Assembly: GCA_965205655.1 (NCBI GenBank)
Contig: CBDBIJ010000029.1
Location: forward strand, 64,766 to 128,765
Length of the DNA: 64,000 nucleotides
DNA from: Candidatus Latescibacterota bacterium
Lineage (GTDB): Bacteria > Latescibacterota > UBA2968 > UBA8231
Direction: 5' to 3'
The position numbers were made by a program, and so were the translations under genes. Below the pieces are notes generated by a model. The model saw only the letters and a program-made list of their open reading frames with translations. It did not search any database and was not told where the DNA came from. The first letter of the stretch is position 1. Every line of letters starts with the position of its first letter. Below, piece by piece: positions 45,763 to 55,827 of this stretch.

Positions 45763-48725
45763 GTGTTGGTGAATCGAACCTGTGTCGTTGGCGCCATGGC
45801 GGCGGTGCCCGACCGCTGAGGCGCATCTTCGCCCTGCTTCTCGGGTTCTTCCTCTTCACCTCCTGTGTTTACTTCAACACATACTACAACGCCCAGAAGT
45901 ATTTCCGGCGGGCCGAAAAAGCGCGAAAAGAGCAAGAGCGTCAGGCCCTGGACCACGGGGGCGCTACTGGCGGCAGGAGAGCCGATTCGGACACACGCGC
46001 TAGGCGGCGGGGCGCAAGTGGCGCCCGCCGGAGCCGCTCGTCGAGCAATGCGGAGGCTCTCTACGAGAAGGCGGCCACAAAGGCATCGGCAGTACTGGAA
46101 AAGCACCCGGACAGTGATCTGGTGGATGACGCCATGTTTCTGGCCGGCAGGGCCCTCTACTGGAGGCAGGATTACGCCTACGCGGTGCGCTCGTTTTCCG
46201 ACCTGGAGGAGCACTTTCCCGAAAGTGAGTACGTCGACGATGCCCGCTTCTGGCGCGGCCTCTGTCTGGAAGCGCAGGCAATGGACGCACAAGCACGGGA
46301 GATGTACCGCAGCCTTTTCAGCTCAGGAGGGTCGGGAACGGGCCCAAAATCCGGGTTGCGCCTCGGCGAGATGGCCTACGAGCAAGAGGACTACGTGGCC
46401 GCCATCGAGGAGTATCAGGCCACTCTTGTGGAATTCCCGAAAACGGATTTGAGGAGCGAGATTTGGATCCGCATCGGTGAAGCCAATCTGGAGCTGGAGG
46501 AACCTGCAAGACTGGACAGCGCCCTGCTCGCCTTTGACCGGGCGCTCGAGTCGGCCTCGTCCGACGACATCGAGTACAAGGCGCGGCTGAACCGGGGTCG
46601 CGTCCACAACACGAAAGGCGAGCTCGATGCCGCCCGGCAGACCTACACGGACCTACTCGGCGAATCGAAGTTTCGGCGCTTTGAGGGAGAGACTCGCCTC
46701 CTGCTGGGAGAGTACTACCAGGACGGCAAAGCGCTCGATGAGGCCCTGCAGCAGTACGAAAGAGTGCGGGACGATTTTCCGCAGACCCCCATGTCAGCCA
46801 TGGCCATCTACCGCACCGGCGTGCTCTACCTGCGGGAATACGGCGAGCGCGTGCGCGCCCAGGAGTACCTCGAAGAGGTCCTCACGGAAAAACGCGGCTC
46901 GGAGGCAGCGCTCCTGACACAGGAATTTCTGGCGGATTTCAAAGAGCTGGACAGGCTCATCGTGCAGATCCATCGCGCCGATTCGCTCGCGGCCGCCGAG
47001 CGCGACATCGACTCGCTTGCGGCCGCAGCGAGTGAGAGCCGTATCGACTCCCTCTCGGTTCCACAGCCCATTCACATTGCTGCCGATTCCCTCACAGACA
47101 CTACGGCAGCAACAGCGTCAACCCCATTAGAAACGGCAGAGTCCGACCTGGATTCCTCAGCATTGTCAGTCGCGCAGCGACGGCCAGTGCCGCCGGATCC
47201 TCGTGATGCGGCGGCGAGAGCGCGCCGGGGTCGGAGTCGCAAGAAGGCATCGGATCCCCGCGACGAGCTGTTCGACAACCTGTTCGCCGTGGCGGAGCTC
47301 TACCGGGACAAGTTGGCGCTACCCGATTCCGCCGAGCACTACTACGGGGAAATCGAGCGCCGTTTTCCGCGATCCGAGCAGCTGCCTAGGGTGCTCTACA
47401 GTGTTGCCTGGATTCGAATCGAGATGGAAAAGAATCTGAAAGCGGCCAGGCCCATCCTCGAACGATTGGTCGCCGAGTACCCGGAATCAGCTCACGCCAA
47501 TGCGGCCAGAGCCTATCTCGATTTGGAGATCGAACTCACTGCCGAAGAGCTGGCATCGGTCAAATACGCAGAGGCAGAGCAGATGATGGTGACATACGCC
47601 GACTCCCTCGAGGCATACGTGCCGTTGCTGGACGCCCTGACTCGAGAACATCCGATGACGGAGACCGGAGCAAAATCGGCCTATCTCGCGGCCTGGAGTT
47701 ATGAGAATGTAGGACGAGATACGTCCGAGGCGGGGAGACGGTATGGAGAGGTCATAACCGGTTTCCCCACATCCTCTTTCGCCGAGCTGGCTCGGCGGCG
47801 CCAGCAGACGCGCGACGATGGTCTGATAGACAAGCTGGAGCGCCGACTCATCTCCATCGGCGCCGGACTGAGGCCCGGCGAGCGGATCGAAGTCGTGGCG
47901 ATCGAGCCAGATTCAGTGGATTCGATGGCCCTGTCCCGCAAGTTTCTCGGATTCGCCCTGCGGGCCCATCGCAGGGGGCGGCTGGACGTCGCTTCCCAGA
48001 TGTACGAGCTCAGCCTCGAGGAGCGAGGCCGGAACCCGACGGCACTGTTCGGTATCGGGGAGGTCTCCTGGGAGCAGGGGTACTACGAAGATGCCATCGA
48101 ATCGTTCACGGAAGCTCTGAGTTTCGAGAAGAAGCTTGTCGGCGTTCACTTCCGCCTCTTCGAGTACTACCTGCAGGCCGGCAAGGAAGACTCGGCCAAC
48201 AAGTACCTGCGGCAATTCGTGCGCCAGGATCTGTCCAATCCAGAGGTGTTGGATTTGCGCACGGAGTATCCGTTTTTCGCCGGTCCGGAGCCCGAAGATC
48301 TGGAGCTGGAGATTCTTCAGGAGCTCGAGCTGTCACGCCCGGAGGCAGCACTGAGGGCACCGGCGGACATCGCGCCATTGAAAGAGCAGCCCATGGTGCG
48401 CTCGAGCGCGAAGGCGGCGTTTCCAGCTGACTCCGAACTGGATTCCGCCACCGTTATCGTGGACATCCTCATATCCGACGAAGGGCTACCGGAGCAGATC
48501 GAGATCTTCGCTGGAGACGGCCGTTTGGCCGCTGCCGCCGAGACCGTAGCCGGCGAGTATGTATTCTACCCCGCTGTGGGAAGGGACGGGTTGACCACCA
48601 GAGTGTGGGTGGAGTTGGAGCTGCCTTTTGCGCGGGCGGCGCAGCGGGTGACCGCCGGAGAGTCGGAACAACTGCCTGCGACCGCGACGGTGGACACCGA
48701 GTCAGAAGCGGAGGGTGAGGATTGA
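45759..48725 (+). CDS. Large TPR lipoprotein (SprE/PorW-like N-terminus) with TonB-C-like C-terminal domain
   Basis: Lipobox FTS-C followed by VYFNTYYNA; many TPR units; C-terminal VDILISDEG...FYPA...VWVELELPF. Confidence 0.7.
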
Positions 48726-49537
48726 TTGCGCCCGGAGTCAGACCGCAGGATGTTCGCGCCCGTGTCCTCGCGACCAGCGAGGTAGCCGCGGACTTCTACG
48801 TCACGCGGTTGCGGGCCGCCAAGATCGCCGCCACCGTCGAACCTGGCCAGTTCGTCAACCTGAGGGTGCATGACAGCATGTCCCCTCTGCTGCGGATTCC
48901 ACTCAGCGTCTCGGCTGCCAATGCGGATGCGGGGACTATCGAAGTGATGTACGAGGACCTCGGTCCGAAAAGCCGAATTCTGAGCCGCTGCCGGCCTGGC
49001 GATGAGCTAGCCTGCCTCGGCCCGCTGGGGAACACATTTCCCGCCGCCAGTCGCGAGCGAAGAGTCGTGCTCGTCGCCGGCGGCATCGGCCTGCCGCCGA
49101 TCCTGTTTTACGGAAACGCTGTCACAGGAACAACGACGGTCAGCCTGCTGGTGGGTGCCCGCTACGCGGCAAAGCTGCCGCCCGCCGACCTGTTCGGCGA
49201 GTCAGCAGCGCGCGTCTCGATCGCCACGGACGATGGCAGCGCCGGTCACAGGGGCATGGTGACCGAGCTCTTGGAGAGTGAGCTCGATCTTCCGGGCCCA
49301 GCCGTTGTATGCAGCTGTGGGCCGCACGCCATGATGGCCGCCGTTGCCGCCATATGCCGCAATCGAAACATCCCCTGTCACGTTTCGCTGGAAGAGTACA
49401 TGGCGTGCGGCTTTGGCGTCTGCGTGGGGTGTGTCGTCGAGCGCGATCCGGGCGCCGACGGGCTCCACGCGTATTCGCGCTTCAGCCGCATCTGCGTGGA
49501 CGGGCCGGTGTACGAGGCCACCCGGGTAAAGTGGTAG
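48722..49537 (+). CDS. pyrK: Dihydroorotate dehydrogenase electron transfer subunit
   Basis: PGQFV, GPLGN, AGGIG and MACGFGVCVGC..CVDGPV motifs. Confidence 0.93.
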   Translation: MIAPGVRPQDVRARVLATSEVAADFYVTRLRAAKIAATVEPGQFVNLRVHDSMSPLLRIPLSVSAANADAGTIEVMYEDLGPKSRILSRCRPGDELACLGPLGNTFPAASRERRVVLVAGGIGLPPILFYGNAVTGTTTVSLLVGARYAAKLPPADLFGESAARVSIATDDGSAGHRGMVTELLESELDLPGPAVVCSCGPHAMMAAVAAICRNRNIPCHVSLEEYMACGFGVCVGCVVERDPGADGLHAYSRFSRICVDGPVYEATRVKW

Positions 49538-49541
49538 TGCC

Positions 49542-50465
49542 GTGGCTCCTCACACCATCGACCTGTCGACCCTCTTCGCCGGCATACCGCTGCGAAACCC
49601 CGTTCTCCTCGCCTCCGGGACGTGCGGATACGGAGACGAGCTCGAGCCCTTCGCCGACCTGTCTCAAGTCGGGGGAATCGTCACCAAGACGATAACCCCC
49701 GATCCGCGCGCAGGCGCCAACCCGCCCCGCATTATTGAAACGCCAGGCGGAATGCTCAACGCCATAGCGCTGCAGAATCCGGGGCTCGAGGGGTTCGCGC
49801 GGGACAAGTGGCCCTACCTGGCTCAACTGGACACGCAGGTCATCGTCAATATCGCGGCACCGACACCAGAGCAGCACGGTTCCATGGCTGCGGCCCTGGA
49901 AGAGCTGGACGGCGTCGCCGGCCTCGAGGTCAACATCTCCTCGCCCAATATGCGCGACGGGGGAATGCTGTTCGGCGCCAACCCCGAGGCGGCAGCGGAG
50001 GTGATTGCCGCGGTGAGAGGCTCGACCCGGTTGCCTGTCATCGCGAAGCTGACGCCGAATGTCACCGACATCGCCGCGGTTGCCCGGGCGGTGGAAAGGG
50101 CTGGGGCCGATGGCCTGTCCCTCATCAACACGCTACTCGGAATGGCGGTGGATCTCGAGGCGCGAAAACCGGTTTTGGGCAATGTCACGGGAGGGTTGTC
50201 CGGTCCGGCTATAAAACCCGTCGCGCTGGCAATGGTTTGGAAGGTGCGCAAATCAGTGTCTCTGCCCATCATGGGCATGGGAGGCATCTCCGACAGCACC
50301 GATGCACTCGAGTTCATAGTGGCCGGGGCGTCGGCCGTCCAGGTCGGGACTGCTACATTCGTAATGCCGAATGCGGCCGTCTCAGTGGTTGAAGGGATAC
50401 GGGCTTACTGTGAGGACCACGAGATCTCCGACATACGCTCGCTGGTCGGCAGCCTGCAGGAATGA
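49542..50465 (+). CDS. pyrD: Dihydroorotate dehydrogenase, family 1B catalytic subunit
   Basis: ASGT, MLNAIALQN, EVNISSPN, KLTPN, INT and GGLSG motifs. Confidence 0.93.
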   Translation: MAPHTIDLSTLFAGIPLRNPVLLASGTCGYGDELEPFADLSQVGGIVTKTITPDPRAGANPPRIIETPGGMLNAIALQNPGLEGFARDKWPYLAQLDTQVIVNIAAPTPEQHGSMAAALEELDGVAGLEVNISSPNMRDGGMLFGANPEAAAEVIAAVRGSTRLPVIAKLTPNVTDIAAVARAVERAGADGLSLINTLLGMAVDLEARKPVLGNVTGGLSGPAIKPVALAMVWKVRKSVSLPIMGMGGISDSTDALEFIVAGASAVQVGTATFVMPNAAVSVVEGIRAYCEDHEISDIRSLVGSLQE

Positions 50466-50497
50466 ACCGGCCCCGCGCCTAGCACGCCGGCAGGTGA

Positions 50498-51021
50498 GTG
50501 TGCCAGAGCCAGGAGGGGGGAGAGCGGGAGGATGGCGAATCGGATTCGCCGGTTTGCTGTTCACTGCCGCCCTGGCAGACTGCTCGTCACAGCCGATCTA
50601 CCGAACCGATGGATCAAAGATGCAGCGTCCATCCAGCCGCCAGAGCACGAACTCTCCGGCGCCTCCGGTGGTACGACCGGCCGAGACAGCCCATCCCGTT
50701 GACCCGAACAGCATCTCCACGGAAAACGCCTATCAGATCGGAGTAGCCTCCTACTACGGCAAGAAGTTCCATGGCAGAAAGACGGCCAATGGCGAGATAT
50801 TCAATATGTACAAGCTGACTGCCGCGCACCGGGTTCTTCCGCTTGGCACTCCGGTCAAAGTGACCAACATGAAGAACGGTCGCTGGGTCGAGGTAAAGGT
50901 CAACGACCGCGGTCCCTTCATTGAGGGGCGGATCATCGATTTGTCCTTCGCGGCAGCGCTCGAGCTGGAGATGGTCGAGGCGGGGACGGCAAGGGTGATG
51001 ATTGAGTTGGTCGAAGACTGA
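50498..51021 (+). CDS. rlpA: RlpA-family septal lytic transglycosylase (DPBB)
   Basis: ASYYG, TAAHRVLP and VNDRGPF..RIIDLS motifs. Confidence 0.9.
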
Positions 51022-51066
51022 GAGACGTCAGAAGACTGCAAGACGTCTGAAGACTGAGAGACGTCT
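51013..51066 (+). repeat. 18-bp tandem repeat x3 starting at the rlpA stop
   Basis: gaagactgagagacgtca / gaagactgcaagacgtct / gaagactgagagacgtct. Confidence 0.9.
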
Positions 51067-51093
51067 TAGGAGGACCGAGAAACGCTCTGTCGA

Positions 51094-51756
51094 TCAGCGG
51101 ACCGGTGCCCCTGATTGGAGCGGAACGAAGCGGACTGGCAGCAGGGTGCGCCGATCGATACCGTCAGCCGTGCGTCGGAGGAGGACGAGATGCTGGCGCC
51201 ACTCTCCCACGGGCAGAATCATGCGGCCTCCCTCGGCCAGCTGGTCTATCAAAGTCGGTGGCACTTGTGCTGCCGCGGCCGATCCGATAATGGCGTCGAA
51301 TCGCGATTCTTTGCCTGGCCATCCCTTGGCACCGTCGCCTACCCTGAGCGAGACGTTCTCACACCCCAGCTCGAAGAGGGTTCGCTCTGCAGCCCCCGCC
51401 AGCTCTTGGTAGTACTCCACCGAAAAGACCCGCTCGACGATTGTGGCCAGCAAGGCCGTCAGATATCCGGAACCGGTGCCGATTTCGAGAACGGAGTCGC
51501 CTTGACGCAGCTCGAGAGACTGGAGCATGTAGGCCACTACGTAGGGCTGCGAGATAGTCTGGCCACAGGCGATCGGCAGCGGGTGATCGCCGTACGCCTC
51601 GACCTGCTGGGAGGGTGAGACAAATCGGTGACGGGGCACCTGGCGGAACGCCTCTACGACCCTGACGTCATCCACCCCTCGACTTACCAGCTGACTCTCG
51701 ACCATGCCGGCACGCGCGGAGGTGCGTTCCATGGCCTCGCTCCTGCTGTCAGTCAT
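51094..51756 (-). CDS. pcm: Protein-L-isoaspartate O-methyltransferase
   Basis: VPRHRFV, GQTISQP, LEIGTGSGY and VRFVPL motifs. Confidence 0.95.
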   Translation of the reverse strand: MTDSRSEAMERTSARAGMVESQLVSRGVDDVRVVEAFRQVPRHRFVSPSQQVEAYGDHPLPIACGQTISQPYVVAYMLQSLELRQGDSVLEIGTGSGYLTALLATIVERVFSVEYYQELAGAAERTLFELGCENVSLRVGDGAKGWPGKESRFDAIIGSAAAAQVPPTLIDQLAEGGRMILPVGEWRQHLVLLRRTADGIDRRTLLPVRFVPLQSGAPVR

Positions 51757-52663
51757 CGAGCACCCCCATGACGGCCTCCAGTACCGAATCTACTCGGAGC
51801 AATTTCAATTCGCCACGCGGTGCCAGCACAACCTCGCAGCGGTGTCCCAGCGGCATCCACGTTGCCGGATCCGTCGGACCAAAGAGCGACACAGTCGGCG
51901 TACCAACGGCTGCCGCCAGGTGACCCGGTCCCGAATCGTTGCCCACGAAGGCATCCGCCCTTTCGAGGATCGCCGCAAGCCCCGCTAACTTCGGCGCGCA
52001 AAGAATCGGACATATCGATGAAACGGCGCGCTGCATTTGCGGCAAATCGACGGCTTCCGCCGGACCCGTGATGACGACCGGACGAGCCCCAAGGCGTGGG
52101 AGCTCTGCGACGAGGTCTGCAAACAAAGGCATTGGCCAGCACTTGTGTCGTCCGCCGCTCCCTGGATGGATCACGACGATCGGGCCTTCTCCAGCCGGGA
52201 GCGCGTCCGCGAACTGGCGTTGGGCGGCGTCCAGTCGAACCCGAGGCAGAGGGTCAGCCACTGGGATCCCCGCGGCCTTCACGGGGGACAACAAATGCTC
52301 GCTGGCATGTGTGCCGATGGCAGCCGGTCTCGGGTCGCCATGCAGGACGTCGCCTCCCACCGCGGCGCGCAGCCGGCGCACGACGTCGCCGGCATCATCG
52401 GCAACATAGGCGAGAAGAAGCTCGGTCGAGGCGAAAATCCGCTCGGTCGCCGCGGGCAGGGGCTCTTCCGGCCCGAAGAGTGGGACGAGATCCCTGCAGC
52501 TGTGGTCGACGATGCTGTCCGGGCGGGCGAGCGAAACAGTTTCCGGGTTTCCGATAAGGCGCAGTGATGCCCGCGGACAAGCGCGGCGAACGGCCTCGAT
52601 GGCCGGCAGCGTGAGAATGAAATCGCCGACGGCGCCGCCCCGCATGACCGTCACCTCAGACAC
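51749..52663 (-). CDS. Glycosyltransferase family 9 (heptosyltransferase-like)
   Basis: GAVGDFIL, IHPGSG..KCW and GNDSGPGHLAAA motifs. Confidence 0.9.
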   Translation of the reverse strand: MSEVTVMRGGAVGDFILTLPAIEAVRRACPRASLRLIGNPETVSLARPDSIVDHSCRDLVPLFGPEEPLPAATERIFASTELLLAYVADDAGDVVRRLRAAVGGDVLHGDPRPAAIGTHASEHLLSPVKAAGIPVADPLPRVRLDAAQRQFADALPAGEGPIVVIHPGSGGRHKCWPMPLFADLVAELPRLGARPVVITGPAEAVDLPQMQRAVSSICPILCAPKLAGLAAILERADAFVGNDSGPGHLAAAVGTPTVSLFGPTDPATWMPLGHRCEVVLAPRGELKLLRVDSVLEAVMGVLDD

Positions 52664-52674
52664 GACCGAGCTCC

Positions 52675-52703
52675 TTGCAAAATCGCGACGGTATCTCTAC
52701 TTT
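52675..52703 (+). promoter_or_regulatory. sigma70-like promoter for rplC
   Basis: TTGCAA-17-TACTTT. Confidence 0.55.
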
Positions 52704-52722
52704 TGAAAGCTCATTCAACTAT

Positions 52723-52845
52723 CTGAGTCAACTGACATACTGAGTCAACTGACATACTGAGTCAACTGACATACTGAGTCAACTGACTGACTCTGAGTCA
52801 ACTGACTGACTCAACTGCATCACTCACCCGCCTCACTCAACTGCA
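52723..52845 (+). repeat. 17-bp tandem repeat array in the rplC leader
   Basis: ctgagtcaactgacata x3, then two variant copies retaining CTGAGTCAACTGAC, then degenerate ctcaactgca x2. Confidence 0.92.
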
Positions 52846-52855
52846 CGAACTCGCG

Positions 52856-53476
52856 ATGGTTGGACTTATCGGTCGAAAGCTGGGCATGACTCAGCTCTAC
52901 AACGACAGAGGAGAGCTCGTGCCGATTACTGTCGTAGCCGCCGGTCCGTGCCCCGTCGTCGACATACGCACCGCCGAGGCAAACGGATACACGGCGGTCC
53001 AGTTGGGCTACGATGAGCGCGCTGAAAAGAAGGTCAACAAGCCGCTGGCGGGCCACTTCTCCCGGGCCGGAGTGAAGCCTCAGCGGATTCTCCGCGAATT
53101 TCGTACTGAGGCCGAAGCTGGAGAATTCGAGCTGGGTCAGGTCCTATACGTCTCCCAGTTCGAAGTGGGAGACATGGTGAAGGTCACAGGCAGGTCAAAG
53201 GGAAAGGGCTTCGCCGGGGTGGTGAAACGCTACCACTTTCGCGGCAAGAACGCGACACACGGGACTCCGGACCGGGTGCGCCACGCCGGCTCTATCGGAC
53301 AGGGGACCACCCCTGGCAAGGTCTGGAAGGGCAAGAAGATGCCCGGTCACATGGGAGACAGGAAAGTCACCACCCAGGGACTGGTGGTGGTGCGGGTGGA
53401 TGCGGAAAGACACTTGCTGTTCCTGAAGGGTGCGGTTCCGGGGAGCGTCAACGGCTTCGTCATCATCCGTAAGTAG
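52856..53476 (+). CDS. rplC: 50S ribosomal protein L3 (stand-alone)
   Basis: GRKLGMTQ, GYTAVQLG, SKGKGFAGVVKR, ATHG, GSIGQ, KKMPGHMG and KGAVPG motifs. Confidence 0.97.
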   Translation: MVGLIGRKLGMTQLYNDRGELVPITVVAAGPCPVVDIRTAEANGYTAVQLGYDERAEKKVNKPLAGHFSRAGVKPQRILREFRTEAEAGEFELGQVLYVSQFEVGDMVKVTGRSKGKGFAGVVKRYHFRGKNATHGTPDRVRHAGSIGQGTTPGKVWKGKKMPGHMGDRKVTTQGLVVVRVDAERHLLFLKGAVPGSVNGFVIIRK

Positions 53477-53515
53477 GTCACAGAAAGTAGGTCACAGAAA
53501 AAACCGCACGTTTCG

Positions 53516-53556
53516 ACGAAGAATGGGCGATCTCGAGCAGGTCGCCCCTTCTTCGT
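53516..53556. terminator. Hairpin between rplC and the convergent HIT gene
   Basis: acgaagaa-t-gggcga..tcgccc-c-ttcttcgt stem. Confidence 0.65.
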
Positions 53557-53588
53557 TGAGAGTGCTGGGCGCAGCCAGGCACTCTCCA

Positions 53589-53933
53589 TTATCCTGGTGG
53601 CCACTCCATCTGCCTGCCTCCGAGCAGGTGAAGATGGAGATGATCCGCCTGCTGCCCACCGTCGGCGCCGGTGTTGATGACGCATCGATACCCGCTCGTC
53701 AACCCCTGCTCACGCGCAATCTTCCCGGCAACGACGAGTAGCTGTCCGAGCAACTGCTGGTCGCGCGAGCCAACCTCGAACAGGCTGGGGATGGGCTCCT
53801 TCGGAATCACGAGAATGTGAACGGGGGCCTGAGGGTCGATGTCCCGGAAGGCCATGCACAGACCGTCCTCGTGAACGACGTCGGCGTCGATCTCGCCCCC
53901 TACGATTCTGGAAAAAACTGTGTCCTCTGCCAC
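53589..53933 (-). CDS. Histidine triad (HINT-type) nucleotide-binding protein
   Basis: DIDPQAPVHILVIPK and HLHLHLLGGR motifs. Confidence 0.93.
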   Translation of the reverse strand: MAEDTVFSRIVGGEIDADVVHEDGLCMAFRDIDPQAPVHILVIPKEPIPSLFEVGSRDQQLLGQLLVVAGKIAREQGLTSGYRCVINTGADGGQQADHLHLHLLGGRQMEWPPG

Positions 53934-53942
53934 AACTCACCT

Positions 53943-54998
53943 CTATTTCAACAATTGGATTCGGGCGCCGCATCGGCTTGCCAGCTCGCGCAGCATTTCG
54001 ACCGTCGACGCCGCCAGCGGCACACCATGCTCGAGTCGTTCCCGGCGCCGGCGCTCGTCGATTTCACCGGGCAGGAATATCTCCTCGACTCCGGGCAATC
54101 GGGGCGACGCCTTGACGCGCTCCACCATGCCGTCGACGGCCTTCTTGAATTGATCGATCGGCATGAACCGACCAGGGTCGATGGCCATGAAGAAATGCCC
54201 GATCCCCCTCTCTCTCACGTGTTGACCTACATGCTCTCTGTCGACACCGAAATACGGCGAACCCGCGAGCAGACCGGCGAGGACTTCGATGACGAGCGTA
54301 AGACCGTATCCTTTGTGATCGCCGATGGGTGCGATGCTTCCCTCCAGGGCGAGGGCGGCGTCGGTTGTGGGTCGTCCGTCGATATCCCGGGCCACGCCGC
54401 TGGGAATGGGCATGCCGTTGGCGGCGGCGAGCTCGAGCTTACCGGCCGCCAGGGAACCGAGCGCGACGTCGAGAACGAGGGGAAAGCCGCAGACGCCAGG
54501 TATGGCAACGGCGATCGGGTTGTTGCCGAAAAGAGGCTTCTTCCCACCAGTCGGCGCCAGGCGCGGGCTCGCGACCGTCATGGCAATGCCTACGAAATCC
54601 CTGTCGAGAGCCATGGACGCGAACGTTCCCGCAGCACCGAAATGACGCGATTGACCGGCGGTTACAGTCGCCGAGCCCGTTTCTTCGGCTTTGTCCATAC
54701 ACACCGTCATGGCGTAGCGGCCCACGAGCTGTCCCAGTGCGCCATCGCCGTGGACGCGCGCGAAAGCCGGTCCCTCATCGACGATCCCAATTTTTGGCTG
54801 CGGATTCGTGATGCCGCCACGGAGCTCCCGCACATAGCGGCCGAGGCGCATCGATCCGTGACTGTGGATCCCCCGCAGATCGGCTTCGACCAGCGTGTCG
54901 GCCACGAAGAGGGCATCGGCAGCGGGAACACCCTCGTGCTGGAGAATGCGATGGCAGGCAGCCTTGAGCTCATCGGCTACCACGACAGACGTGGACAT
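53943..54998 (-). CDS. Ldh2 (malate/L-lactate dehydrogenase-2 family) oxidoreductase
   Basis: ADLRGIHSHG, HFGAAG, GNNPI, HKGYGL and LPGE motifs; start placed at MSTSVV. Confidence 0.9.
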   Translation of the reverse strand: MSTSVVVADELKAACHRILQHEGVPAADALFVADTLVEADLRGIHSHGSMRLGRYVRELRGGITNPQPKIGIVDEGPAFARVHGDGALGQLVGRYAMTVCMDKAEETGSATVTAGQSRHFGAAGTFASMALDRDFVGIAMTVASPRLAPTGGKKPLFGNNPIAVAIPGVCGFPLVLDVALGSLAAGKLELAAANGMPIPSGVARDIDGRPTTDAALALEGSIAPIGDHKGYGLTLVIEVLAGLLAGSPYFGVDREHVGQHVRERGIGHFFMAIDPGRFMPIDQFKKAVDGMVERVKASPRLPGVEEIFLPGEIDERRRRERLEHGVPLAASTVEMLRELASRCGARIQLLK

Positions 54999-55103
54999 GA
55001 AGCGATTGAGAGAGGATGTGCTGATTGATGTTCGGAGACGTGCCGAGTTGAGAAGGAACGCCAATATAGATGTGAAGCCGTCGTCTGTCCAATCACCTGC
55101 GCC

Positions 55104-55811
55104 ATGGACCTGAGCGTCGTCATCCCCGCCTTCAACGAAGCGGATCGCATCGTTTCGACGTTGAAGTCGACGAGCAGCTTTCTCGAGGAGCAACCCTGGA
55201 GTTACGAGATCCTGCTGGTGGACGATGGGAGTGGCGACGACACGATCGGCCTGGCCCGGGAATTCGGTGCCGACAGAACCACCGTGAAGTGTCTGCGGAA
55301 CGAGGCCAATCGAGGAAAGGGTTTTTCGATCCGACACGGTGTGGCCCACGCTGTCGGCGACACCATCGGTTTCATCGACGCGGATGACAAAACGGATATT
55401 CGAGCATTGCCGTCCGCGCTCCGTTTCCTCGAAGAAGGCTACGATGGGATCGTCGGAGACCGAACGCTGCCGGACTCACAAATCGATGCGCCGCGGCGTC
55501 AGTATCGACAATGGGGCTCTGACGCGTTCAAGATCCTGATGCGCAGTTGGACCGGTCTTGGCGATTTTCCGGATACGCAATGCGGCTTCAAGTTCTTCCG
55601 TGCCCCAGTGATGAGGGACCTGTTCGCCAGGCAACAGACCGATGGCTACATGTTCGACGTGGAAATCCTCATCCTGGCGCAGCGTGCAGGCTACCGGATA
55701 AAAAGGGTCCCCGTGACATGGCGTGACGATCCGGACAGTCGCTTTAGACCGATCTCGGGAAGCCTGCGAAACCTGCGCGAGCTCGTTCGCATGTCACGCC
55801 GCCTCCGATAG
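55104..55811 (+). CDS. GT2 polyprenol-phosphate glycosyltransferase
   Basis: VIPAFNE, DDGS, NRGKG, DAD, DTQCGFK and FDVE motifs. Confidence 0.9.
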   Translation: MDLSVVIPAFNEADRIVSTLKSTSSFLEEQPWSYEILLVDDGSGDDTIGLAREFGADRTTVKCLRNEANRGKGFSIRHGVAHAVGDTIGFIDADDKTDIRALPSALRFLEEGYDGIVGDRTLPDSQIDAPRRQYRQWGSDAFKILMRSWTGLGDFPDTQCGFKFFRAPVMRDLFARQQTDGYMFDVEILILAQRAGYRIKRVPVTWRDDPDSRFRPISGSLRNLRELVRMSRRLR

Positions 55812-55827
55812 ATTTGCGTCGACTCGA

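Noticed and set aside
52723..52845. CRISPR array
   Set aside because: Units are directly tandem with no unique spacers, and there are no cas genes in the window.
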